This document shows positions 1 to 9,244 of a stretch of DNA of 64,000 nt, piece by piece. Location: assembly GCA_964601275.1 (NCBI GenBank), contig CAZRMV010000010.1:2802-66801 (forward strand), read 5' to 3'. Made by a program: the position numbers and the translations under genes. Under the pieces are notes generated by a model. That model was not told the DNA's origin. It did not search any database and was given only the letters and a program-made list of their open reading frames with translations. This DNA is from an uncultured bacterium. GTDB taxonomy: Bacteria; Krumholzibacteriota; Krumholzibacteriia; JAJRXK01. Position 1 is the first letter of the stretch; each line of letters opens with the position of its first letter.

Positions 1-201
1 GGGGTCCCTCACGGGACCGCCGGCAGTGTAGAACCGCCCGCCCGGCCGGGGCAAGGGGGTTTTTCCCGGGGTTCCCCTGGTGTCGTCCGGCCCGGGTCGA
101 CGTCCCGGCATGGGCATCGAGCCGTGGCGGACGGGGGACCGTGTTCGCCTGGGCAGCTTTTCCTTCTTGCGGTTTGATCATAAGCCGCTTATGTTCTGGA
201 C

Positions 202-468
202 ATGCAACGAAGTGTCCACAAGTACCTCTCGGAGATCGGACGCCGGGGCGGCCGTGTCAGCCGGCGCCGGTTGAGCCGGGAGGAGGCCCGACGCATGGTC
301 CGGGTCCGCGAGGCTCGACGGGCCTACCGGCGTTTCCATGCCCAGTGCTTCTGGTCTTCGCCCCCGGAGCTCGAGATCGGGGCCGCCGATATCCAGTGGG
401 TCGCCGAAGGTCTGAGGCGGCATGGAGGACGGACGGCCTGGGAAGTGGCGGCGAAGCTATGCCCTTGA
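202..468 (+). CDS. Hypothetical small basic protein with a possible single KGG-type stress-protein motif (SEIGRRGGRVS)
   Basis: 88-aa ORF with high GC3 typical of coding in this genome and an Arg-rich sequence. A low-GC patch lies just upstream (170-230). No confident family assignment. Confidence 0.3.
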   Translation: MQRSVHKYLSEIGRRGGRVSRRRLSREEARRMVRVREARRAYRRFHAQCFWSSPPELEIGAADIQWVAEGLRRHGGRTAWEVAAKLCP

Positions 469-694
469 CCAGCTTCCAAGCGCAACTCGGGCGATGGCTC
501 GCGAAGAACCGCAGCGAGGACAGCTATGTGGCCGGTGGAGCGCCGCCCACTGTGCCGCACCATGGAAGACCGGGCGGAGTGCTCCCGCGGATCGTCGATG
601 CCTGACGGACCGGCCCCATGAAGCGGCGACGCGTCGAAGAGTTCGGAGGCCGTCTGCCTGCGCGTCCACTGGCGCAAGAAGTGGTGAGCGCACC

Positions 695-2287
695 TCACCT
701 GCCGGGATCGTGGTACCGCCGGTTCGGCTCCAGCCACAGACGCCGGGCCGAGTAGTCCAGCCGCAGGTGGAAGCGCGACAGCACCCCGGCGCCGAGCACT
801 CCGGCCACCTCGGTGCTGGAGAACAGTCCTTCTCCCGCTTCATTGAAGTTGACCGGAAGATCGTCGAAGGTGAAACGCCCGAGACGCAGGCTCTTCAGGG
901 CGCCCCGTTGCGCGTGGCTCACTCCCCCGACACCCTGCACCCCGGCATCCTCCAGCTTCCCCCGCCCGCCGCGTTCCAGGAGCCGGTGCTTCTCCACGAA
1001 GGGTGCGGTCAGATCGAGGGTGTCATTGCTCCCGGTGTCCACGTGCACCCAGGCCGCGATGCCCTCGATCTCCACCTCGATGGTGGGCACGTTGGCGTCC
1101 ATGCGCAGGGTGAACTCCTGGGCCCCGGCCGGGGGCCGGAAGCCTTCGCGGTCGATCAGCCGCACCCGCCGGTTCTCGTAATCGATGTCGACCACCACCA
1201 GTCGCAGGGTGTCGTAGCCCAGCACGCCCAACACCTCGTCGGCTCCCAGCAGGGGCGCGATCCCGCCCAGGTCGACGGTGACCCAGCTCTGATGGGGAAA
1301 CTCCGCCCTGCCCAGCTCGAGGTGGTCGATCTCGACCAGTTGGGCCGCGGTGGTTCCCGCCGCCCCGGTGGCCTCCAGCGTTCCCTGGGCGGACAGGCCC
1401 AGTGCATGCAGCCGGGCGCGGTCGAGGATGCTGCCGCCCGCCCCGGTGTCGAGCAGGAAGAGACCCTCGTGTCCACGATCGACCACCCCGTGCAGGAGGA
1501 TGTGGTCGCCCTTGCCGGCCATCTCGAGCCAGCCGCTGGTCCTTCCCCCGTGGAAGATCACCCCGGACGAGGGCGCGGCGGGACGACGGTAGGCCTCGCG
1601 TCCGCGCGGCGGGGTCAACTCCACCGATTCCAGGCGAGCGGTCAGCCGCATGTCCCGGCCCATCTCCATCCGCATCACCGAGGGCATCCACACCCCCTCG
1701 ACCGGCCGGTAGTCCTCGTAGACCGTGCGCAGCTCCATCTGCCCGCTGTCCCACGAGCTCTCGGCGAGGCGCCAGGTCTTCGCGTCGAGGGTGAGGATCT
1801 CCGGGGCTGCGCCCATCAATTCCAGCGAGAGTCGCGTTCGCCCCAGGCTGTCGGGTTCGACGAGCCGGCGTCGCAACGGCAGGGGAGGACGGCGCAGCAG
1901 GTAGGCCCCGGTGTTCACCAGCGATTCCAGTTGGGCGTTCACTTCCTCGCTGCCCTCGGCCCGGCGCACCGACCCGTTGCGGTCCATCACCCAGCCTTCG
2001 GTGCCATCGTAGCCGGTCTCCAGGGTCAGCGGGCCCAGCTCCAGCCGGCTCCAGGTGTACAGGGGGGCCTCGGACCAACTCTCGATGCGCCCGCGCAGTC
2101 CCAGGCCCTCGACCGTGCCTTTCATGTGGATCGCCCGGGTGAGCAGGTGGTCGCGGGAAAAGCCCATCGCCCGGGCATGGCGGTCGAGCACCTCGTCGAG
2201 GGAGGGTTCCTGCGCCGCCACCGAGATCGCCGCGCCGATCAGGATCGACCACCCCAACAGACCCACCATTCGCTTCATGTCACGCAC
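695..2287 (-). CDS. Secreted retropepsin-like aspartic protease with two catalytic DTG-type motifs
   Basis: N-terminal signal-peptide-like segment (MKRMVGLLGWSILIGAAISVAAQ). Two Asp-Thr-Gly motifs (LLDTGAGGSIL and VHVDTGSNDTLDL), each followed by the hydrophobic context typical of pepsin/retropepsin-like two-lobed proteases. Confidence 0.7.
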   Translation of the reverse strand: MRDMKRMVGLLGWSILIGAAISVAAQEPSLDEVLDRHARAMGFSRDHLLTRAIHMKGTVEGLGLRGRIESWSEAPLYTWSRLELGPLTLETGYDGTEGWVMDRNGSVRRAEGSEEVNAQLESLVNTGAYLLRRPPLPLRRRLVEPDSLGRTRLSLELMGAAPEILTLDAKTWRLAESSWDSGQMELRTVYEDYRPVEGVWMPSVMRMEMGRDMRLTARLESVELTPPRGREAYRRPAAPSSGVIFHGGRTSGWLEMAGKGDHILLHGVVDRGHEGLFLLDTGAGGSILDRARLHALGLSAQGTLEATGAAGTTAAQLVEIDHLELGRAEFPHQSWVTVDLGGIAPLLGADEVLGVLGYDTLRLVVVDIDYENRRVRLIDREGFRPPAGAQEFTLRMDANVPTIEVEIEGIAAWVHVDTGSNDTLDLTAPFVEKHRLLERGGRGKLEDAGVQGVGGVSHAQRGALKSLRLGRFTFDDLPVNFNEAGEGLFSSTEVAGVLGAGVLSRFHLRLDYSARRLWLEPNRRYHDPGR

Positions 2288-2290
2288 CCC

Positions 2291-3079
2291 CTACGACATC
2301 CGGAAACTGTCGACCAGCAACTTCACCGCGAAGGCGATCACGCACACCACCAGGAAACGCCGCACCCACCGTTCGCCGTGCTCCATCTGCGCGTGGGTGC
2401 CCACGTAGCCCCCGATCATGGTGCCCGCGCCCAGGACCAGGCCGGGCTGCCACCAGACCAGTCCCTCCCGCCAGAACAGAACCAGGGCCAGCACCTGCAG
2501 GAACAGCACCACGAAGACCTTCACCGCGTTGGTGCGCACCAGGTCCAGGCCGCCCAGGCGGTTCACCGCGGCGATGAGCAGGAACCCCGCCCCTGCCTGG
2601 ATCACCCCGGCGTAGATCCCCAGCAGGAAGAAGCTGCCCGCGAGCCACCAGGGATGGGGCACGCCCCCCGGCTGCCGGCGCGTTCCGCCGACCGGGCCTT
2701 CCTTGCCCCGCGGCCGCCGCAGGATGATTCCCAGGACGAAGAGCAAGATGACCGCGAGGATGCGGCGGAACCACACCTCGTCCAACCCGATCGCGATCCG
2801 GGTGCCCAGCCAGGCGCCGGGCAAGGCCGGCAGCAGGAGCAGCAGGGACAGGCGAACGGGCAGCCGGCCGCCCCGGGCGAAGGCGGAGGAGGAGACCGTG
2901 TTCTGCAGGACTAGGCCCACGCGGTTGGTGGCGTTGGCCACCGTGGTGGGCAGGCCGAGGAAGATCAACGCGGGCAGGGTGATCAACGAGCCCCCACCCG
3001 CGTTGACGTTGATGAAGCCCGCGGCCAGGCCGGCCAGCAGGAGCACTCCCAGGCGCAGCGGCTCCAGTCCGTCGAACAT
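2291..3079 (-). CDS. TauE/SafE (DUF81) family sulfite/anion exporter-like permease
   Basis: 262-aa polytopic membrane protein with Gly-rich TM helices (INVNAGGGSLITLPALIFLGLP; AGFLLIAAVNRLGG) characteristic of TauE/SafE permeases. Confidence 0.75.
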   Translation of the reverse strand: MFDGLEPLRLGVLLLAGLAAGFINVNAGGGSLITLPALIFLGLPTTVANATNRVGLVLQNTVSSSAFARGGRLPVRLSLLLLLPALPGAWLGTRIAIGLDEVWFRRILAVILLFVLGIILRRPRGKEGPVGGTRRQPGGVPHPWWLAGSFFLLGIYAGVIQAGAGFLLIAAVNRLGGLDLVRTNAVKVFVVLFLQVLALVLFWREGLVWWQPGLVLGAGTMIGGYVGTHAQMEHGERWVRRFLVVCVIAFAVKLLVDSFRMS

Positions 3080-3197
3080 GGCCCCAGGCTAGGCCCCGGG
3101 ACCGACGCTGTCGAGGAAAGAGCCCCCTTTCTTGCCCCCTCCGCCATCCTGGTCTAAGGTGAGCGCACCGCAGCCCCCGGTGACGAGGTGTGATTTC

Positions 3198-4046
3198 ATG
3201 CAATTCGGTTCGTGGAACGCCGAGATCCTCAGCGACGGATTCTACCTGCTCGACGGCGGCTCGATGTTCGGGGTCGTCCCCCGCGTGCTGTGGGAGAAGA
3301 AGCACGAGCCCGACGACAAGAACCGCATCCGGCTGGCCCTGCACTGCCTGTTGTTGCGCGACGGCGAGCGCACCGTCCTCGTCGACAATGGGATGGGCGA
3401 CGGCTGGCACGAGAAGCAGGTGCGGATCTACGGCCTCGAGCGCCCCGACGGCGGCCTGCTCGACGACCTGCGGCGCCACGGGCTCGAGCCCGAAGAGGTC
3501 ACCGATGTGGTCCTCACCCACCTGCATTTCGACCACGCGGGGGGGACGGTGCGCTTCGCCGAAGACGGAAGCACTTCCCTGACCTTCCCCAATGCCCGGC
3601 ACTGGATCTCCAAGGCCAACCTGAAGTGGGGCGAAGCGCCCACCGAGCGCGACCGCGCCAGCTACCTGCGCCCCCGCTGGGAGATGCTGCTCGAAGACGA
3701 GGAGCACCTGCGACTCGTCGACGGCGCCCAGGAGATCCTGCCCGGACTGCGCACCCTGCCGGTCAGCGGCCACACTCCCGGCCAGCAACTGGTGGTGGCG
3801 GGCGACGAGACCGCCCGGGTGCTGTTCGCGGGTGACCTCATTCCCTTCGCCAGCCAGTTGCGCATCCCCTGGATCATGGGCTTCGACCTGAACCCCCTGC
3901 TCACCCTCAACGAGAAGAAGGACATCCTCGCCCGGGCCGCCGCCGAGGACTGGGTGCTGGTGTTCGAACACGATCCGGAGATCCCCGCCGCGCGCATCGC
4001 GGCCGACGACGGCAACTTCATGGTGAAGGAACGGCTGGAATTCTAG
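3198..4046 (+). CDS. MBL-fold metallo-hydrolase
   Basis: HxHxDH zinc-binding motif (VVLTHLHFDHAGG) plus a downstream His (VSGHTPG). ATG at 3198 lies inside the longer ORF-track entry; the upstream 22 aa look non-coding. Confidence 0.8.
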   Translation: MQFGSWNAEILSDGFYLLDGGSMFGVVPRVLWEKKHEPDDKNRIRLALHCLLLRDGERTVLVDNGMGDGWHEKQVRIYGLERPDGGLLDDLRRHGLEPEEVTDVVLTHLHFDHAGGTVRFAEDGSTSLTFPNARHWISKANLKWGEAPTERDRASYLRPRWEMLLEDEEHLRLVDGAQEILPGLRTLPVSGHTPGQQLVVAGDETARVLFAGDLIPFASQLRIPWIMGFDLNPLLTLNEKKDILARAAAEDWVLVFEHDPEIPAARIAADDGNFMVKERLEF

Positions 4047-4068
4047 CCTCGCGCAGGAAGGCCCGGCG

Positions 4069-5058
4069 ATGAGCGACCTCCGCAAGACCATCGAGCCGCC
4101 GGTGAACCCACCGGAGAATGCACCAGCAAACGTGCCGGTGGATGCACCGCAGAACCCGCCGGAGGGGCAGCCGCGCCGCACCGTGCATCGCATGGGCGAG
4201 CCGCGCCGCAACAAGCCGCCCTGGCTGAAGGTGCGCCCGCGCTCGACCGCCGAGTACTTCGAGCTGCGCGAACTCTTCGCCCGCACCCGCCTGAACACCG
4301 TCTGCGCCGAGGCGAAGTGCCCCAACACCGCCGAGTGCTGGGCCGAGCGGACCGCCACCTTCCTCATCCTGGGCGACCACTGCACCCGGCGCTGCACCTT
4401 CTGCAACATCGGCTACGCCTGGACCGGCCGGGTCGACCGCGATGAACCCCGCCGGCTGGCCGAGGGGGTGGCGCAGCTCGGCCTGCGCCACGTGGTGCTC
4501 ACTTCGGTCGACCGCGACGACCTGGACGACGGCGGCGCCTCCATCTTCGTCGAGAGCATCGAGCGCCTGCGGCGGCTCGATCCCGCCCCGAAGATCGAGC
4601 TGCTCACTCCGGACTTCGCCGGCAAGGAGGGCGCGTTGGAGAGCGTCCTGGACGCCGCCCCGGAGATCTTCGCCCACAATCTCGAGACGGTACGGCGCCT
4701 CTATCCCGGGGTGCGGCCGCGCTCGAGCTATGAAGGTTCATTGCGGGTCTTGGCCCGCGCCCACGCGCACGACCCCCGCCCGGTGGTGAAGACCGGCATC
4801 ATGCTGGGACTGGGCGAGGAGATGGACGAGATCGAGGAACTCATGCGCGACTGCGTCGAGGCGGGCGTGCGCATCCTCACCATCGGCCAATACCTGCAAC
4901 CCACGGTGAAACACCACCGCATCGAGCGCTTCTACACTCCCGAGGAGTTCGCCGAACTGGCTCGACGCGGACGCGAACTGGGCTTGGACTGGGTGGAATC
5001 GGGTCCCCTCGTACGCTCTTCCTACCATGCCGCGCGCCAGCACGAAGCTCTCGCCTGA
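4069..5058 (+). CDS. lipA: Lipoyl synthase
   Basis: Radical-SAM CxxxCxxC (CTRRCTFCNI), the N-terminal auxiliary-cluster Cys motif (CAEAKCPNTAECW) and PWLKV near the N-terminus. A Pro-rich N-terminal extension may be an artefact; an alternative start is near 4192. Confidence 0.9.
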   Translation: MSDLRKTIEPPVNPPENAPANVPVDAPQNPPEGQPRRTVHRMGEPRRNKPPWLKVRPRSTAEYFELRELFARTRLNTVCAEAKCPNTAECWAERTATFLILGDHCTRRCTFCNIGYAWTGRVDRDEPRRLAEGVAQLGLRHVVLTSVDRDDLDDGGASIFVESIERLRRLDPAPKIELLTPDFAGKEGALESVLDAAPEIFAHNLETVRRLYPGVRPRSSYEGSLRVLARAHAHDPRPVVKTGIMLGLGEEMDEIEELMRDCVEAGVRILTIGQYLQPTVKHHRIERFYTPEEFAELARRGRELGLDWVESGPLVRSSYHAARQHEALA

Positions 5059-6400
5059 TCCCGCCTTCCTCCTGCCCGCCCGGCAGTGGGCGGCGATGGG
5101 CGTGCTGGTCCTCGGCGTGCTCGCCGCGGTCGTGATCGGCCTGTGGCAGTTCCAGCGCCGCGCCCACGACTACCTGCGCGAGGCCCTGGGTGAGCAGGTC
5201 GAGGGCTTCGCCGTCACCATCGCGGCCACCGTTCCCGGCGATTCCCTCGCCTTCTGGGCGCTGCGAGCCCAGCAGGAGGAGTGGACCCCACCCCTGCAGG
5301 CAACCCTCACCCGTGTCCGCCAAGACAACGACCTCGCCAACCTCTTCCTCTGCCTTCCCGGGGGCGAAGTCGTTCTCGATGTGAGCCAGAGCCTGTTGTT
5401 GGGCGAGGTGAATCCCTTCCTGGCGCTGGACGCGGCCGAGGTGGAGATCGTGCGCTCGGGCATCGCCACCCACTCGCGTCTGTACCACACCGTGGGCGAC
5501 GAGTTCTTCATGAGCGGTTACGCGCCCATCTACGACTCGCTCGACGAGGTCGCCGGCTTCGTCGGGGTGGAAGCCGGTGTGGGCTACTTCGACGCCCTGG
5601 GGCAGTTGCGCCGGAGCCTCCTCTTGATCGGCGCGACCGTGGTCGTCCTGGTCACGCTGTTGATGCTGGTGTGGCTGTTCTACGCCCGGCGCCTGGCCCG
5701 GGCGCGGCAGGCGCTGCTGCGCAACGAGACCCTCTCGGCCATGGGTCGGATGACCGCGGGCATCGCCCACGAGATCCGCAACCCGCTGGGCATCATCAAG
5801 AACACCGCGCAGCTCCTGAAGGAAGACCTTGAGGAGAAGGGGGTCGAGGCCGAACTCATCGAGTACATTCCCGAGGAAGTCGACCGTCTCAACGAGATCC
5901 TCACCGGCTACCTCGATTTCGCGCGGCAGGCTCCGCCCCGGCGCGTCGAGCTCGACCTGACCCGCCTCTTGCGGCGCACCCTGAAACTCTTCGAGACCGA
6001 CTTCAAGGACCACGCGATCGAGGTCGAGGAGAACTTCCCGGCGACTCCGGTGAAGGTGGACGGCGATCCCCACCGCCTGCAGCAGGTCTTCCTGAACCTC
6101 ATCCTCAACGCCCTGCAGGCCATGCCCCAGGGAGGACGACTCAGCTTGGAGTTGACCGAGCAGGCCCAGGCGGTGAAGGTGGAGATCAGCGACACCGGGG
6201 TCGGCTTGGAGCCCCAGGATGCGCGCCATCTCTTCGAACCCTTCGTCACCAGCAAGGAGAAGGGCAGTGGCCTGGGCCTGAGCGTGGTGCGGGGAATCGT
6301 GGTGGAAGATCATGGCGGCCGCGTCCAGCTCACCGGCGCGCCGGGGAAAGGGGCCACCGCGGTGGTCGAACTGCCGCGGAGGGCACCAAGGGACGCCTGA
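5027..6400 (+). CDS. Sensor histidine kinase (two TM helices, HisKA + HATPase_c)
   Basis: H-box HEIRNPLGIIKNTAQLL and the N/G1/G2 boxes (LILNALQAM; DTGVGL; GSGLGLS). Two predicted TM segments flank a periplasmic domain. Overlaps the lipA 3' end, so the true start may be downstream (e.g. about 5096). Confidence 0.8.
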   Translation: MPRASTKLSPDPAFLLPARQWAAMGVLVLGVLAAVVIGLWQFQRRAHDYLREALGEQVEGFAVTIAATVPGDSLAFWALRAQQEEWTPPLQATLTRVRQDNDLANLFLCLPGGEVVLDVSQSLLLGEVNPFLALDAAEVEIVRSGIATHSRLYHTVGDEFFMSGYAPIYDSLDEVAGFVGVEAGVGYFDALGQLRRSLLLIGATVVVLVTLLMLVWLFYARRLARARQALLRNETLSAMGRMTAGIAHEIRNPLGIIKNTAQLLKEDLEEKGVEAELIEYIPEEVDRLNEILTGYLDFARQAPPRRVELDLTRLLRRTLKLFETDFKDHAIEVEENFPATPVKVDGDPHRLQQVFLNLILNALQAMPQGGRLSLELTEQAQAVKVEISDTGVGLEPQDARHLFEPFVTSKEKGSGLGLSVVRGIVVEDHGGRVQLTGAPGKGATAVVELPRRAPRDA

Positions 6401-6433
6401 GGCCGCGCCTGCGCCGTCCACGAAAGGAAGACC

Positions 6434-7795
6434 ATGGCCCGCATTCTCGTGGTCGATGACGAAACGAAGATGCAGACCCTGCTCGCGCGCAAGCTGCAGC
6501 GTGAGGGCCACGAGGTACGCACCGCGGGCGACGGGACGGCCGCGCTCGACGCGCTCGAGGAACAGGCCGCCGACGTGGTCTTCACCGACCTGAAGATGCC
6601 CGGCCTGGACGGCATGCAGCTTTTGGAGAAGGTGAAGGAGCGCTGGCCCGCCACCCGCGTCATCGTGATGACCGGCCACGGCATGGAGGTGCGCACCGCG
6701 GTGGCGGCGATGAAGAGCGGCGCCTACGACTACCTCACCAAGCCGCTCGACCTGGACGAGCTCGTCCTGCTCGCCGAGCGCGCGGCCCGCGAGAAGGAAC
6801 TCTCCCGCGAGAACGAGCGGCTGCGGCAGGTGGTCGACCGCCAGAACCCGAAGTGGGAACTGGTGGGGGAGAGCCCGGCCATCGCGAAGGTGAAGGAGAT
6901 GGTGCGCAAGGTCGCGCCGACCGACGCCACCGTGCTCATCCGGGGCGAGAGCGGCACCGGCAAGGAACTCACCGCCCGGGCCCTCCACGCCCACAGCCGG
7001 CGCGCGAAGAAATCCTTCCTCGCGGTCAACTGCGCCGCCATCGCCGACACCCTGCTCGAGAGCGAACTCTTCGGTTACGTGAAGGGCGCGTTCACCGGCG
7101 CGGACCAGGACAAGGCGGGCTACTTCGAACTGGCCGATGGGGGCACCCTCTTCCTCGACGAGATCGGCGAGGCCAACGGCCAGGTGCAGGCCAAGCTGCT
7201 GCGCGCGCTCGAGGAGAAGACCTTCATCCCGGTGGGCGGTCACCGCGAGATCGAATCGGATGTGCGCATCGTCGCCGCCACCCATCGCGACCTGGAAGCT
7301 CTCATCGCCGAGGGCCGCTTCCGCGAGGATCTCTTCTACCGCTTCAACGTCTTTCCCATCGAGTTGCCGCCGTTGCGCGAGCGCATCGACGACCTGCCGG
7401 CCTTGAGCGCGGCGCTGCTGGAACAACTGGGCGCTTCCATCGACGATCTCGATCCGCGCGTCCTGCCCCTCCTGCGCCAGTACCCCTGGCCGGGCAACGT
7501 GCGTGAACTGCGCAACATCCTCGAACGGGCGATCATCCTGGCCGCGGGCGGAACCATCGGGCCCGAGCACATCCTCCTGCCCGCGGCCGCGGGCGGCGAC
7601 GAGGACGCGCTGGACGGAAGCGAACCCCTGAACCTCAAGATCGAGGACCACGAGCGCCGGCTCATCCGTCTCGCCCTGCGGCGGGCCTCGGGCAACAAGA
7701 CCCGCGCGGCCGAGCTGCTGGGCCTCACCCGGCGCGCGCTCTACAGCCGGATGGAGCGGCTGGGTCTGCCCCTGGAAGGGGGCGAGGAAGGATGA
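6434..7795 (+). CDS. Sigma-54-dependent response regulator (NtrC family)
   Basis: REC domain (VVDDE...D54 [10 protein letters not shown]), AAA+ sigma-54 activation domain ([15 protein letters not shown]; GAFTGA), ESELFGY motif and a C-terminal Fis-type HTH ([18 protein letters not shown]). Confidence 0.9.
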   Translation: MARILVVDDETKMQTLLARKLQREGHEVRTAGDGTAALDALEEQAADVVFTDLKMPGLDGMQLLEKVKERWPATRVIVMTGHGMEVRTAVAAMKSGAYDYLTKPLDLDELVLLAERAAREKELSRENERLRQVVDRQNPKWELVGESPAIAKVKEMVRKVAPTDATVLIRGESGTGKELTARALHAHSRRAKKSFLAVNCAAIADTLLESELFGYVKGAFTGADQDKAGYFELADGGTLFLDEIGEANGQVQAKLLRALEEKTFIPVGGHREIESDVRIVAATHRDLEALIAEGRFREDLFYRFNVFPIELPPLRERIDDLPALSAALLEQLGASIDDLDPRVLPLLRQYPWPGNVRELRNILERAIILAAGGTIGPEHILLPAAAGGDEDALDGSEPLNLKIEDHERRLIRLALRRASGNKTRAAELLGLTRRALYSRMERLGLPLEGGEEG

Positions 7796-7956
7796 GCCTC
7801 GCGTCCCCGCGCGGCCAGGGTGTACCCCTGGGTACGATCCCGGGGGTCCAGAGCGCTGCGGTCCGGGAGGGTGCTCGCTGGGGAGGATCGCCCAACCCAT
7901 TGGAATGGAATGGATTAGGGAAGGAGCGAGGAGCGGGGGAGGCGCGATGGCCGCTC

Positions 7957-7972
7957 CGGAACGCCCATTGCA
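7957..7972 (+). promoter_or_regulatory. Candidate sigma-54 (-24/-12) promoter cGGaAC-N5-TTGCA upstream of the secreted helical-repeat gene
   Basis: Sequence cggaacgcccattgca has GG and GC at the canonical spacing (TGGCAC-N5-TTGCA consensus) about 48 nt upstream of ATG 8020. It lies immediately downstream of the sigma-54 activator gene. Confidence 0.35.
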
Positions 7973-8019
7973 GCGGAGGGGGTGAACGGCCGGGGGGTCC
8001 GGCCCGAGGGAGGCTTGCC

Positions 8020-9228
8020 ATGATCACCACCGCGCATCCAGAACGAAGCACCCGGGCGCCCGGGCCGCGGATCACCCCGCGGCGGGCCCGCTGGACCGAA
8101 GCCGCCTTCCGGTCGGATGCATCCGGCGTCGGAGCGGCCAGGTGGGCGTCGGCTTCCGGCAAGACCCGTCCTCCGGTGGGCCTGACGCTCCTGCTGGCCG
8201 CGGTGCTGCTGGCCCTGGCCACCGCGTTCCTGGCGCCCCAGCCCGCCCACAGCGCCGCGCTCGGTAGCGACCGCGAGCTTTTGGCCGCCGAACTGCAACG
8301 CACCGACGCCATCCTCCAGCGTGTCGGCGAAGGCGTCCAGCAGACCAACAACCCGCGGCTGCGGGACCTCTTCATCCAGGCGGTGAAGATCCAGAAGAGG
8401 GCGAAGTGGCTCTTCGAGCGGGCCGGCGTGGAGATCGACGCCCAGACGAAACTGCACGTGCTCGAGCTGACCCGCCGCTCACGCGACCTGGCCCTGCGCG
8501 TGCAGCGCGAAGTGCGCCAGGGCGTCACCTACGAGGAACGGGCGCGCCGCCTGCTCGAACAATCGCGCACCCTGCTCGAACGGATCGACGAACACGACGA
8601 CCAGATCCACGATCGCCGCGTCCGCGCGGTCCTGGACAAGGTTCGCGACCAGTTGGGCGCGGCCGAACGGCAGTTCGCCGACGGCAACTTCGAGGTGGCC
8701 TTCCGCATCGCCCAATCCTCCCACACCCTGCTGCGCAACCTGGTCCAGGCGGCCCGTCAACGGATGAGCCGCGAGCGGCTGGAAGAGGAACTGCGCCGCA
8801 CCGACCAGCTCATCGAGCGGGTGATGCAGCGTGTCGGGGGAACCGAGAGATTGGGCCAGGCCCGACGCCTGCAGGAGCGGGCCCACCAGGCCTTCTCGAG
8901 TGAACGCAACGAGCAGGCCCTGCAACTGACCCTGCAGGCCCGGCGGATGGTGCGGCAGCTCCTGGGCGACGCCCAGGGACTGGCCACCCACGAGGATGTC
9001 GAGCAGGCGCTCGAGCGCTTCGACGCGCGGCTCGAACGGGTTCAGCAACACCTCGAGGACTCGAGCGACCCCCAGGCCGGCCGACTCGTCGACCAGGCCC
9101 GGCGGGCCCGCCGGCGCGCGGTCGAGGCCGACGCCCAGGGCGACTACGATCGCGCCTTGCAGCAGTTGCGGACCGGTCTGGATCTGTTGAACCGGGCCGC
9201 CCGCCGACTCGGCGCCCAGGACCACTAG
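8020..9228 (+). CDS. Secreted alpha-helical two-repeat protein (possible periplasmic stress/chaperone-like protein)
   Basis: ATG at 8020 precedes a signal peptide (VGLTLLLAAVLLALATAFLAPQPAHSA). Two internal ~150-aa repeats start ELQRTDAILQRV / LRRTDQLIERVMQRV, in a highly charged helical composition. No confident family. Confidence 0.6.
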   Translation: MITTAHPERSTRAPGPRITPRRARWTEAAFRSDASGVGAARWASASGKTRPPVGLTLLLAAVLLALATAFLAPQPAHSAALGSDRELLAAELQRTDAILQRVGEGVQQTNNPRLRDLFIQAVKIQKRAKWLFERAGVEIDAQTKLHVLELTRRSRDLALRVQREVRQGVTYEERARRLLEQSRTLLERIDEHDDQIHDRRVRAVLDKVRDQLGAAERQFADGNFEVAFRIAQSSHTLLRNLVQAARQRMSRERLEEELRRTDQLIERVMQRVGGTERLGQARRLQERAHQAFSSERNEQALQLTLQARRMVRQLLGDAQGLATHEDVEQALERFDARLERVQQHLEDSSDPQAGRLVDQARRARRRAVEADAQGDYDRALQQLRTGLDLLNRAARRLGAQDH

Positions 9229-9244
9229 GCGACGGCGCGCCGCG

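Noticed and set aside
30-70. Possible intrinsic terminator (cccggccgggg…gggggttttt) at window start
   Set aside because: Stem is ambiguous and the upstream gene is outside the window. Insufficient support.
422-2914. 830-aa + strand ORF
   Set aside because: Antisense to the aspartic protease and TauE genes. Gly/Arg/Pro/His-rich low-complexity translation typical of off-frame or antisense reading in high-GC DNA, with no motifs.
4877-7900. 1007-aa - strand ORF
   Set aside because: Antisense to the histidine kinase and NtrC-like genes, which carry unambiguous catalytic motifs on the + strand. Low-complexity composition.
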